Below, piece by piece: positions 26,677 to 38,999 of a stretch of 64,000 bases of DNA. Under the pieces are notes generated by a model that was given only the letters and a program-made list of their open reading frames with translations, made no database searches and was not told where the DNA came from. The DNA is from Eukaryota sp. GEM-RC1 (taxonomy: Eukaryota): contig JAUFOQ010000002.1 in the NCBI GenBank assembly GCA_040285855.1, positions 2,170,001 to 2,234,000 of the forward strand. Reading direction: 5' to 3'. Made by a program: the position numbers and the translations under genes. Every line of letters begins with the position of its first letter. The first letter of the stretch is position 1.

Positions 26677-27415
26677 TTAACTTGATGCTGGAACTTCTGA
26701 TGAGTCTTTCTGTTCTAAAGGTGCTTCGGCCTTAGTAGCATCTTCTGCTCTTGGAGATTGGTTTATTTCCTGGGACGGTTTCTCTGTTTGTTTTGAGTAA
26801 GATGGACCTATTGATGCTGGCGGTTGGCGTGGTTGAGCAACATTCATAACTGCCGGCTGTTTAGCAGACACCGTGGGAGCTGAGACTGGAGGTTCTACTT
26901 CAACTCTAGGAACTTTAGGTTGAGGTTGTCCCGAAGGATGTGAGCGACGTTGACCAGCTTCTTCAGCACCAGGCACTGTTATTTCGGTTTTAGGTAGTTG
27001 TAGTACTTTTTCTCTTGGAGTGGGAACAATTGCGTCTAATGTAAGTTTAAAAATAGGAACATACTGTCTCCCTTAAACGCAAGCTGTAGAGTGTGTCCGT
27101 TAGGAGCCACAGACATAACTTGGGCCTCATAGAACATAGAGGACCAATCTCTGATATCAGTTAGATACCATAAAGATAAAACAGTCTCGTTGCGTTCAAA
27201 GGTACGCTGGTCAAGCTGTTCTTGTGACAGAGGAAATTCGACAACGCGAGTAGCAGGAATAGTCCACTCAGCTTGTTTGCGGTTTTCGGGAACATCATCC
27301 CGAACAGTACAAGTCCCCTTTCAGGGTCAATAGAAACTAAAGTACAGACAATCCACTCAGGAGGGGATTTTTTTTGATATGGGACAAGAGCAGCCACTTT
27401 CTTTCCAGGATCCAT
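26677..27415 (-). CDS. Sgf29-like tandem Tudor domain protein (1 intron, 1 frameshift)
   Basis: GKKVAALV...EWIV...TVRDD...VLSLWY...SSMFYEAQV...LAFKGD after a 1-nt shift at 27315-27318; 29-nt intron 27036-27064 joins the Pro-rich tail. Confidence 0.65.
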
Positions 27416-27520
27416 TGGAGTAAGAGATGAAGAGGAATTTTTCGGTCCTTAAAAAGAATTTTTGTTGGAAATCTGACATCATCTTTCGTACTGGAAGTGG
27501 CTTCTATTATTGAACAGCTG

Positions 27521-28590
27521 ATGTCTCTTCACAACTACTTTACTATAAAGAAGACTTCTTCATCATCTTCATCAACCCCCTCGTCAATTGCAACTAAACC
27601 TACTCCCACCGAAACTCCATGGATAGAAAAATTTCGACCCAAACAACTACAAGATGTTGCATGTCAAGAAGAAACAGTCAATGCTCTCCGCTCAGCTATT
27701 AAATCAGGTAACCTCCCTCATCTCTTGTTTTACGGCCCTCCCGGTACTGGTAAAACATCCACCATATTAGCTGTAGCTAATGAACTCTATGGCCCGGATC
27801 TCATCAAAACACGTGTTCTTGAACTTAATGCTTCTGACGAACGAGGCATACAAACTGTCAGAGAACGCATCAAGAACTTCGCTCAAACCTCTATCGGTGA
27901 TGGTGCTCCTGGTTATCCCTCTCCTCCCTACAAAATCATCATCTTAGACGAAGCAGACGCCATGACTGCTGACGCCCAAGCAGCTCTTCGAAGAGTCATT
28001 GAAAAATACTCAAAGATTACCCGTTTCTGTCTCATTTGCAATTATATCTCAAGGATAATTGATCCTATTACTTCAAGATGTGCGAAGTTCCGTTTTCGTC
28101 TACTTGACCGTCAAACCTCAGTCCAAAGACTATCATTTATTACTGAAAAGGAAAAAGTTCCTGTTGACTCAGAAACACTTGCCTTTATTGTTTCTCTCTG
28201 TGGTGGCGATCTTCGTCGTGCTGTCAACCTTCTACAAAGTTCCTCTTCCCTTGCCAAGAGTGATGCTCTTACTCAGGAACTAGTCACAAGTATAGCGGGG
28301 GTGATACCTTCAGACCTACCTGATATAGTGGTGGCGACAGCAAAGCAGGGCTCAGTTGATGACGTTTTGAAATGTGTCAGGGGTTTGTTTATAGTGGCTT
28401 CCCTGCACTTCAGATTGTTGAAGCAGTCCAGAAGTACATTGCAATGACTGATGTTGGGCTTACTACTTTAGCTCAAGCTAGTTGGTTGTTGGCTGCTTCT
28501 AAAGTGGAGGAGGCGTTGAATGATGGAGCTGAAGAGGTGCTGCAGTTGTCGAGTTTGTGTGTTAAGTTGGTTGAGTGTTTTATTAAGTAA
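27521..28590 (+). CDS. RFC4: Replication factor C small subunit (human RFC4 / yeast Rfc2 type)
   Basis: PWIEKFRP, GPPGTGKT, LELNASDERGI, PPYKIIILDEAD, SRC motifs; C-terminus continues after a 1-nt shift at G4 28380-28383. Confidence 0.92.
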
Positions 28591-28823
28591 TTAAGGAATT
28601 ATTTAATTTTTTTAGTGTGTTTTTATTTTTTAAAAACGAATGGTTCGGTCTCAGTGTATTAAATTTTGAGATTGGACTGGAAATTTGAGTTTGCCGAATA
28701 TTTGAATAATTCATAAATTAAATTGACTGTAAGAATTCAACTTTTTTTTTGATATTTACAAGTGAAATCAGTGATCATAACCACCAAGTTCGACTAAAGT
28801 TGTTTAAACTTTTGTCAATAATA

Positions 28824-30565
28824 CTAAATATTCAGCCCATTGAGTTTCATCTCCTGTTTAGCATCAAACCTTCGCCGTAAGATTTCCTCTTCCTGCAACT
28901 TCTGCTCAAGCTCCTCCTTCACTCTAACTTCCTTCTCCTTCATCAATTGATCAACCTTCTTTCTTCTCTCTACTTCATCTGCTTCAGAAGTAAGAACTGA
29001 CCTGAGGTTGAGGACGGCTAGGAGACGGTGTTTGGACTCTTGTAAGTCTTCGAGAATCTTGACGACTTTAAAGGAAGCCTTTTGCAGTCTGCAATGGCAA
29101 CTGCTAAGTCTGTTACAAACCCATGCCAGTTAACAACCCCGCGCATCAAAGAATCATCAATCAACGACTCCAACCCATCAACCACAAACCTCATCACGTC
29201 ATGTATCACGTCATAAGACTGTAACTCAGTTAAAAACTGTGATAGACTCAATTCTTGACTCCGTAGTTTAGGCAACAACTCTTCAAAAACCAATGCAACT
29301 TGAAGAGGAGGACTCTCGAAAGCCCCTAAATGAATCTTATCAAATGAATTACAAGCAGAAACACCTTGACAGACAATCAATGTTCGATCATATAATCCTT
29401 CAAACAAATCAATTACAAGTGAAGAAACTTCTTTCCCTTTCAGCTTGTCTAATACAACTCCAGCATCCACCCAGGAAGGTTCAGTCTTCAACATCCCCAC
29501 TCCGTCTTCAATTAACTTCTTCAAGGAACCAAAACTAGCAAAGGAAGAGTCATTTAGTTGGTTAAAACAATGACCAACCCAATGCAGGGAGTTCCAGGAC
29601 TCACCAGAAATAATAGGGGGGAGGTTGTCAAGTTCATCAGGAGTTGCCATTGAGGACAACCATGATTCAAAGTGAGAAATGAAGTGTTTCAATCGTTTGG
29701 TCACATCACGTAGCTTCTCGTTAACAAGCTCAACGACTGCCAATCCCTTGGAGAAAAGCTCAGATGATTGTTGATAGATTTGCTCAGGGTCAAAAACGAT
29801 TTCTGATAGATTCTTGTTTCCGTATTTATCCACTAATTGTATAGGAACTCTTAACTCTGATAGAATGGAAAACTCCTCCACGGCATTGAGTCGACACGTT
29901 GAAATCTCGTCTTTGAGTGTACGTAGGCGAGGACGCATGTCGGAAATAAAGCTTAATACAGCACCACCGTCGGTCCGCAAGACCTTTAGGAGAGAAACAA
30001 TAGTAGAAGAGGTTCTACGAAGACGAGAAGAGGTTTGAGTAGGAAGAAGGCTAAGGGAACGGTACCAAGTCAGAAGTTGAGAGGAGAAGCTCAACGCAGG
30101 TAGTACAGATTCCAGTAAGTGAGTAAGAGTTTGAGCAACAGGGGAATTAGCAAAAGATGGAATTGAAGGGAGATCCTGTTTAGTTGGGGATGGAAGGTAA
30201 GCATAAGGAAGAGGTCCAGGGGGAGTAACTTTAAGAACGGTTGGTATAAGGTAAAAAGTTACTGCAGAAGGAATTGGGTTGTTGGAGGGAACAAGAAACT
30301 CTGGTAGTACGCTGGTAGAGTATTCCTCACAGAATGCAGATCTAGTGAGTGCATGATAGTAAGAGAAAGATTGGGGGGAAGAAGTGGGTTGCTTCGATTT
30401 TGTGGGAGTTTCATTGGAGCCTACGGAAGTGTTTGCCAAGAGAAAGAATTCTGATGACGGAATTGATAGAGATTCAGAACAAAGAACATACAGCTGTTGT
30501 ACTGAGGTATTAACTGGAGTAGTTAATTCAATCTGTGTGCCATCAAAACAAGTGATGGAAGTCAT
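28824..30565 (-). CDS. Hypothetical protein, possible N-terminal ubiquitin-like fold plus helical/coiled-coil region
   Basis: Long ORF; a 1-nt shift at 29080-29083 extends it into an E/K-rich coiled coil ending at TAG 28824-28826. Confidence 0.65.
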
Positions 30566-31107
30566 CTCAATTGTCCATGTAGAGGACACTGAAAAGTGAA
30601 AAATGAAAACGATCAACAATAATTGTCTTGACTGACATCACGTCAGTAACACGACACTGTAGACACATTTATAAATACCAACATCATACAAAATTTCTCA
30701 ACTAGAATGGAAAGTATACATAATGAAACACTTATGGCTGGGGTAGGTAGACTTTCGATGTCCAATATTTCCTAACACAGTATTTATAAATTTAAAAATT
30801 ACCTACTTAACAAGCTAGAGGCACAATGTATGTGTCTTCATTCAACTGATCTTCGTGTATTTTTTGCGTTTCTTTCTATCAATTTGTATTTATTATTGTG
30901 AATAACAGTGAATATCGTCAAGGTCCAATTACAAGCAATCTCAAATACTATACAAGCACACCCTCTAACTATGCTTGTATTGGAACCTTGCTTGAATTGG
31001 GGGATTTAAAATCCCTCTTAACTCAGCATCTATTAACTTAATCAGATAGATAGTATTAAGGATAAGTGTCCCAACATTTAATTTGAAAATCAATATTGTC
31101 TGTAATC

Positions 31108-31552
31108 CTTAAAATATCCTAGTCCATCATGCGTGTCTAAATCTAACCAAAATCAATATCAAAACATGGCCCGTCACTAACTTCTTGATCAAAGTAGGTT
31201 TTTACTAATCTCAGTACAAAGTATGTATTTATCAAGCACCTTGAAATCAAACTTTTCCTTGAGATAAACCATATTAAATTGCAGTAAAAATGTAAATGCT
31301 GTATTTTATCATTCTTTCCCAGAGCTCCACTTCAGTTATTCTGGCGTTAGATTAGGTGTAGAAAGTCCTATTACCAAATATGATGGCTAAGGTTGTTCAA
31401 ATATCTGATATTTGAAATCTAAGAAAAATTGATGTATGGCTCACTGCGTTTTTAAATCGGAACCAGTAACTTTTTAAAGTAACCTGTGAGTTCAATTAGA
31501 GAAACAAGACAATCATACCTTCCACAATGTTTGTATTTGGACCTCGACGATA
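31108..31552 (-). repeat. Decayed intron-containing transposase-like repeat, copy B
   Basis: Homologous to 22268-22715; YRRGPNTNIVEG-[35-nt intron 31484-31518]-YFKKL. Confidence 0.55.
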
Positions 31553-31594
31553 TGTAATGATAAATAAAAGGAGTTTCAGTTGTATTATTTTCAC

Positions 31595-31885
31595 AATTAA
31601 ACGATTCTTGCTCTATATGGCCTTATAAGTTGCAAAAGGCCTCTAGTATTGCTGTGGAAAACAATTGACATTTTTAATCATTTACTAAATTGTAACCATT
31701 TCATTTATTATCGAACTTGTATGCATGATTCTATTAGAGACAATATATTTGCTATGTACAAGTCGTACATACTTGGATCTTTTGTTAAGCCACTTCTGAA
31801 ATTCATTGTAATATGTATATATATTCTCAAACAAGCCATGATTCTCACTTCTTGTCATAAGTTCTTTTCTGTTATTGTGTGTTGA
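31595..31885 (+). mobile_element. RLE non-LTR retrotransposon fragment
   Basis: HLLNCNHFIYYRTCMHDSIRD...SFVKPLL is homologous to 63225-63656. Confidence 0.75.
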
Positions 31886-31919
31886 TGTCTTGAAAAGGTG
31901 TAAATTTTATTCAAAAAAT

Positions 31920-33293
31920 CATGAAGGTTTCTTTCCAAAAAACCACCATTAACTTAATCAAAATCCTTCACTGGCACAAACCTTCTTCATCCGACTGGGT
32001 GGCATTCTCATGCTTATGAACACTTTGATCTATATCCGATTTCCAGTAGCGTGGAATCTCTGGAACGCAGAATTTTAAGTCTGTGCCCCGATAAAGCCAA
32101 GAAAACTTATATTGATTCCTCTTCTTCCACCATCAAATTTGAGAGATTTAGAATCTCAAAGACAAGCGCTTGACTGTAACTGGAGAATGCTAGAAACCAG
32201 GAACCCAACTAATCAATGGAGATATCAGGTGGATATGCTGGAAGATACTGTTGCTGAATTAAATGGCCATTCAAAAGAATTTGGACAATTGCAGAAAATT
32301 GTTCCAAACAATACTGTAGCCCTCGAGTTGTGTACTAAAAACATCAAGATGACGTCATCATTCCCAAGTATGGAATTGAATCAAATTAACTAACTGGAAG
32401 TATATTAAAGAAGTTGGAAAAGGCTCAATTCGCCCTAGAACAAGCTATTGAAACTGGAAATACGATGGCCGATGGTTCTGAAAGATTGGTTGAAAACCTG
32501 AGTTTAAGATTTGATAATCGAATGTTGTCCAGAATACAGCGCTCTAGTGTAGACATAACAAGTACTTCTCCACAGTATAGACTTTGGCGAAGAAAAATCT
32601 TTCTTACTATAGGGAAGCAATCGAGTTAAGCAACAGGAACAACTACATGTATATGATTTTAATGATCTGTCACGTCATCGCGCAAAAGATAATCACTTCC
32701 GGTACTTGTTCTGATCCAAAAGAAATTGTTTTTATTGGAGTTTTTGTATTTTAACAATCGAAATAGAAGCCTTGATTATACGTGTTCATTGTTTTCCCAA
32801 ACCTCCTAAACTTCAATTCACGGCTTCAAATCAAGGTAAGACTGTGCCTTCAAAAAGAGCTTACTGAGGTCAAACAAATCAAATAAATAGAGAGACAAAA
32901 TTTTACTATTTACATGTACGAAAGCCATTGAACAAAGCAAATTGATTTGCATAGCCAGCCACAGAGCAAGAAGTAAATTGATTTATTGATTGTTTTTTGT
33001 ACTATTCTCATTGAATTATTCAATAATATTAAAAGGGGATGATTAAGAACAAGTATTCTTTCAAACTGTTTTTTAACATCCACAAACACAACATCGACGA
33101 CATAAAAATTTGTGCACATCTGGAAGTTTCCATCAAATCTTCTCCTGAAGTTGTGATCCCTACTTCTCAGCCAATTCGGAAAAGAGCTCTACCGAACTGT
33201 TCTTCTTGTGGTCAATTAGGTCACAGAAAAAATCAGAAAGTATGTCCTAATTTTGAAAACTGTTTGAGCGTACTAGTTAATGTGAATCACTGA
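31920..33293 (+). pseudogene. Decayed TE-like coding remnant ending in a zinc knuckle
   Basis: Broken ORFs; C-terminal CSSCGQLGHRKNQKVCP knuckle typical of MULE-type proteins. Confidence 0.4.
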
Positions 33294-34611
33294 AATTATA
33301 CAAAATATATTAAATTGGAGCCTTTGTGTAATCAAATAGTATTCCAGACTATTTTCAAACTGAGAAAGTAGAGAGATCTCAATTTGAATGATGATGCTAC
33401 CTACTTTAGAGTTTGCAAAATGAACAATTCCAACACTTATCGAAGAGCAAACGTTGTTGTTGGTGTACTTATATTGAAAACTCTTCCTGACTCTTCGATG
33501 CCTGTACTGGTTTTGTGTCGCTTTTTATTTCTTGCACTTGCTTTCAGCAACTCTACTGATCAAAGTCTCACTTCAACAAACTTATTCCAACAAAGACACA
33601 CTTTAAGAAGCCGTTGGACACTGATGTCTCTTGTCTGCATTAGTATTCTCTTCAACCCCTCTGATTTTTGTTTGTTGTTCAAGCTTTTGAATAAGTTGTC
33701 CAATCTTCACTCTGAAGGAGATGATGTTGAGGACACTTTCTCGAAAAATTCAAGTAATTTAAGTAATGAAGATCATTTAATTCAACGGTTTAAATTGAAC
33801 AGTTTTACGAAAAAACTAGAACCCTGCGACTTTCTGATCTAGTTTTTTTAGAAAATGATCAAGACCAGGCTTCTTTAGCTTTGTGGAAGATGCAGTACTT
33901 CAGTGAAGACATGGAGATCTTTATGCGGTGTGTACAATTACTCAAAAATAAAAACGAGCTTCAAAATATTTTGTCACCAGTTGCATCTCATTTAACAAGT
34001 TACACCTTTTTGATGGAAAAGAACTCTGAGCAGACACTTCTTTTTCGTCCAGCCAGTTTCTAACAAATCAGTTAAAGAAAGTTGTAAAAAGCCCTGCTCT
34101 CGCTGACCAAATTTTCAAATTTTGCCAACCAAAGCTAAGAATCCGAAAGCTGCTGTGGACCAACGTAATCAAACACTATCCCCTCTAAGAATCGCTTCTA
34201 CCATCTTTCCACAGGTCAGCTACTATCATTCTACTCTCAGTTCATATGAATCTATCTTAGCTACTTTCTTGTCCACTTCGCTATTTGCCTCATTTGGACA
34301 GAACATGAAATTTCCTGTGCTGATGGTGGCTGTGTTTCTTGCTAGTGTAGTGTTGTAGTCTGACCTACGATTCGGATTCAAAATGTCATTCAAACGTTGG
34401 CACTATTTGACTTATTTCTACAACGTTGTTGTAAACATCGTTTTTTGTCTTGGTTATTTTTTTCTGCTACATTTTGAAAAAGTCTGTATCAGACTTGCCG
34501 TATCAATGTGAAAAAAAGATCAAAACAGTTATACACATTTCAATTCAACAGATTCTGACTTAATTCTCAGAATTTACTTCTGAGAAAGATCGCAAATACA
34601 ATGTATTTTAA

Positions 34612-35349
34612 AATTTAACGTTATGGAGTGAGTGGAAAATGTCATATCGATTTCCTAGAGTTTACGGAGATTCAACCAACACATGGTTTGCCATAGGTGA
34701 TTGGGGTATGAAGAAGTATCGAGAATTTAAGCATATATCTAGAGACAAAGACTCCAGAAAAGTGTTCAAGAAAGCAGTTGTTTTCAAGATCAGATTCAGT
34801 TTAAAAAATTCAAAAACCTTCACTGTTAAGGATGATCTTAGAACACTACTGTTTGATGATATGGTGCATTCAAAAATGCAAAGATACGTCCATATTCAAA
34901 AAATAGAAAGTAATTTCTGGAAAAATAAGACTGAAAAAGGATGGAATAAAGATGACTGTGTATTGATGTTTGGTGACAATGTTAATAAGACGCAGAACCT
35001 AAAACACCTCCGATCAAGTAGAGGTGTTGGTTGGAGAAACTTCTTTAAGAGAAATGGTTACAATATTGTTTTGGTAGACGAGAGTTACACATCTTCAAAG
35101 TGTCCTACTTGTTGGAGACCAGTTAAAGTGTTTATGGAAGTTGACAATCCTAGACCCAAGACACAAGAAAAGAAGCCTAAGGTGAAGTTACATGTGTTGT
35201 TGAGAGGTCAGTCTGAGAAGTATAGAGAAGAATGTGATGACAAGGACAAAGTGTGGAATCGTAACAAGTTAGCATGTATCAACATCAAGACTATTGTGGA
35301 GCATCATTTGGAGCGGGGTCTAGGAGTTAGACACAGTTATTTGTCATAG
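34612..35349 (+). pseudogene. Fanzor (Fanzor1-like, eukaryotic TnpB homolog) C-terminal fragment; chimeric and probably inactive
   Basis: FAIGDW and LMFGD motifs, GVGWRNFFKRNGYNIVLVDESYTSSKCPTC, NPRP...LHVLLR, VWNRNKLACINI; no RuvC-I region; RuvC-III Asp replaced by Asn (AAC 35263-35265). Confidence 0.85.
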
Positions 35350-35476
35350 TCATAGTCTATATTGAGGTGAATCGGTAGTTATCTGAATTATCCTTCTAGT
35401 TCAGGACCTGAACATCAGGTTAATTTAAGAAGTCAAGGAAGCAACAGAACTCTTTCTTGATATTAAGAGATTTTGA

Positions 35477-36814
35477 ATGTCGTTCAGACTGTCTCCAAGA
35501 ACAACTCTCACCATTCTCCTCAATGAACCCTGCTTCTCTGACCAAACCATTTCTTTTGGTCAGGAATCCATCATCAAAGTGAACAGATTCATTCTCGCTG
35601 CTCACTCAACTTACTTTCGATCTCTTTGGTTCTCGGAGTCTATTGACAAAAGCGGGAACTTCAAAGATTTCTCACATCTCCCCGTTAATCACAATGTTTC
35701 CTTTTCCTTCATCAAGTCCTTCTATGGACAGAAATTTACCCTCAATCCGAGTAATTCCTTCCAGTTCTACTACCTAACTCACTACTTCCAAGTAGACAAA
35801 CTCTTTTATCTAGTTGAAACCCATCTCAACACTCATCACGTGACCTGGGCTTGGGTAAAATCCTTCATTAAAGATGCAGTTGAAAAATATGACTTGAGAG
35901 CTCTGGAATTCGTTGGACCTTTCCTTTCCAAAATTGATGACATTTTGATTGATGACGTGATGGCGATCAGTACGGAAGGGTTTAAAATACTTTTCAAATA
36001 TTGTACTTCCACTCAATCACTTTCATGGTTAATTAAGTCGATGGTGGACAGAATTATCCACAGTCCGAATTTCGAAATGGACTGTATTGATTTGGACAGT
36101 TTTTCAAATATTTTAAATACTTGTTCATTTGAAGTTCTTACTTTTAAACAATGGGATGAGATTCTATTTGTACCTTTCAAAGATGAATTACAATCATACA
36201 TAACTTCCTTCCTTTTAAAGGTACAAGATCACTGTCTCGATCCAAATGCAAGTTCCGTTATTCCTACTCAACTTTCACAAGTAAAATCTGATGGTGAACA
36301 TTTCAAACAGACTATCACTCATAGTCAATTGGGTTCTCAATCAAATTTGATTAGGTTCTCTCAAACTAGGAAGCATTCCGAATTACAAGTTAGTGAGGAT
36401 AGAACGAGAGTTTTATACACTTGGTATAAGTGGCGTAATATCTTGGGAGAAAATCCACTCCTTCCAGGTAATGTTTATACCTGGAAGTTGAAGTACCAGG
36501 GCTCCTCAAACTGTCTTTGGGTGGGAGTAATCGATGAGTCTAATTTTAGGGATAGTGGACGTGTGTTTACCGAAGCTTATTGTTTTGCTAATGGAGGTGG
36601 GGTTACAGGAAGTCTTTCAGGAGAGAGAGCTCAGTGGAAATCTGGTGAGGTACTAGAAATCAATGTAAATCTTATTCATTACACTATCACAATTAGATCG
36701 GTGGGTAATTCTTCAATTGATTTTACTGGAACTCTTCCCAGAGTAAATAGTGGTAATTATTATCCGTTTGCTACCTTGTATTGTAGTGATCAGGTACTTG
36801 AAATTGTTGAGTAA
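35477..36814 (+). CDS. BTB/POZ - SPRY(B30.2)-like protein (putative Cul3 adaptor)
   Basis: VNRFILAAHSTYFRSLW BTB signature; C-terminal YTWKLK..WVGV..GEVLEINVNL..YYPF SPRY-like sandwich. Confidence 0.88.
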   Translation: MSFRLSPRTTLTILLNEPCFSDQTISFGQESIIKVNRFILAAHSTYFRSLWFSESIDKSGNFKDFSHLPVNHNVSFSFIKSFYGQKFTLNPSNSFQFYYLTHYFQVDKLFYLVETHLNTHHVTWAWVKSFIKDAVEKYDLRALEFVGPFLSKIDDILIDDVMAISTEGFKILFKYCTSTQSLSWLIKSMVDRIIHSPNFEMDCIDLDSFSNILNTCSFEVLTFKQWDEILFVPFKDELQSYITSFLLKVQDHCLDPNASSVIPTQLSQVKSDGEHFKQTITHSQLGSQSNLIRFSQTRKHSELQVSEDRTRVLYTWYKWRNILGENPLLPGNVYTWKLKYQGSSNCLWVGVIDESNFRDSGRVFTEAYCFANGGGVTGSLSGERAQWKSGEVLEINVNLIHYTITIRSVGNSSIDFTGTLPRVNSGNYYPFATLYCSDQVLEIVE

Positions 36815-37299
36815 AGGTGATAGTAATCTTGTTGTGTATGCATCTTCTCATGTGTCTTTACAATCTCAAAAATTTAAAAATGTCTCCTTCAGCTCGTAGC
36901 ACTTTTTTTTAAGGAAAATTCTCAATGACAATGAATCAAAATCAGATCCAATTGTATTGTTTCTTTGAGTGATGTTGAGTTTAACTACTAATATCCTATC
37001 CTACGATATTTTCAGTTGCTCAATACAACTGTAAAAGAACGATCGTCTTGATGTGTGATGTTGTTGTTTTCTTTGGGATGGATATGTTCTATTTTTTCTT
37101 GAAGAAGTTTTAAAACTGAATATAGTATTTTTAAGGCGAGTTTTCCAGCATAAATTATATCTGTTCCATGGTTGATTTTGCAAGTGATAGAATTTCAAAT
37201 GAAATCAAGAACTGTATCCAGGATTTCTAATTACGCATTTTTTTTATCTCAGTAGCACAACAAATCATTCATTACACTAGTACATTCTCGTGTCAATAA

Positions 37300-37580
37300 T
37301 TTTGTTGTTGATGTAGTGTCAGTGGATGTTTGTAAAAAGATATCCTTAAAGAATGCTTACTCTGAAACTTCCCCTTTAGACATTTCTGAACAAGCCAAGC
37401 AGGATAAGTACAAGAAACCATTGTTGGCTCTAAAACATGTAAAACATGTGGAATACGAATTATGCCCTTTTGATGTTTCCAATTTATGGCCGTTTACAAA
37501 AAAGTGCATTAAATTTGATAAACGATTTCGGGAAAATCGAGAAAAAATAGGATGAACAAACGTTTTGATCATATGTTATG
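37300..37580 (+). mobile_element. RLE non-LTR retrotransposon 3' fragment
   Basis: VVDVVSVDVC...EQAKQDKYK...YELCPF; near-identical to about 45710-45970 and 63600-63860. Confidence 0.85.
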
Positions 37581-37923
37581 AATAATTTGGAGCATGCTCA
37601 AAACTTTGAAAAATATACACAAAAACAAGTCCATGAAAAGAGTTCTGGCATGGGCCGTAATCAAATCCAGCTGTCAATCAATATTGATTTCTACAAGAAG
37701 AATAATGTAATACATGTATTTGTTCCAATCCATTGACTGTATTTTTCTACCTTACAAAATATTTGCTCAATCATACGATACAATACTTTTACATTTATCT
37801 TCGTTAACTAATCATTGGGGGAGACCAACAATCAACAAAAAATAACATAAGAATGTAAATAACAATCTAGGTGATTCCGAAGTATTTAAGTTCCCTTTAT
37901 TCGAAGTTGTATAGGGATAATTC

Positions 37924-38999
37924 CAGTGATGCGAAAAAATTAATTTAAATTAAATTATTAATTCTACAGACCAACAATTAATTAATTATAATTCTACACG
38001 CCAACAATTAATTAATTTTAATTCTACAGACCAACAATTAATTAATTGCAATTAATTACAATTAATTCTTTATTACCATACGACAAAAATCAATTTACTA
38101 TCATTCTGAATCGACATCTATAACAAGCTCGGCCGAATTTAATCCTGTTGTCTGATGAGGGTTCTTACTCACAATTGACTTGACTAAATCCAAGTTCCAA
38201 GAATCAGTGTTGTATAAAAGAAACAATTGTTTCTCTAACGTTGTTGATTGTAAACGTCCTCTCAGCTGCCCTATAATTAGATAAATAAGAAGAAATACCA
38301 AGAGTTAATTTTGCACGACTGAATAGTCTTTCCACCTGGTTAGAAGTTGATGGAATAAATGATAAGTCTAAGTATTCCGAAGCAGTGTTTTTGGAATAGT
38401 ATCGAGATCATCAAGTTTTTCGTTGAAGCTCTTGACAAGATGAGCATTGTTTTCATTTTCATTTGGAATTCTTTTCAGTTTACTGACTGATGCCTTTTCT
38501 GCATCAGTGAGTTCTCTCTCATATCCTTCAAGTATCTTGATTACTCCATTTTCAAAGTCGGGGGACTCAAAGATTGGTGATGCCGGGCTATAACATGTGT
38601 AAGATATTCCTCATGTAGAACGTTAAACATTCTCTTGGCCTTGTGTAGAGGAACTTCTGAAACTTGCAAGTTCTTTGTAATTGAGTTCAGTTGGTCAAAT
38701 TTTGAAGTCATTTCATCAATCATTTCTGTTTCCATTCGGTCAGGCAGATGTTGTTTCACTTCAATCGGGTTGTGGTACAACCAAGGTAAAAAGAACAAGG
38801 CTATCTCTTTGGGAGTTGGAGAAGACGACATAAGGTGAAGAAAAGGGAATTATAAAATTAATTCTAGTAATTGCCGTTAATTAATTATAATTCTAAGGTG
38901 TAACAATTAATTAATTATAATTCTAAGCGGCTAGAATTAATTAATTCTCAGGGAATTAATTCAATTAATTATAATTAAATTAATTTTTTCGCATCACTG
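37924..38999 (-). mobile_element. hAT deletion derivative (AATTAATT-rich ends)
   Basis: TIR CAGTGATGCGAAAAAATTAATTT; 8-bp TSD GATAATTC; - strand IPSTSNQVERLFS...LEKQLFLLYN; three 30-bp tandem repeats at 37961-38050. Confidence 0.9.

Noticed and set aside
37961..38050. Three 30-bp direct repeats, superficially CRISPR-like
   Set aside because: Contiguous with no unique spacers; they are subterminal repeats of a hAT element
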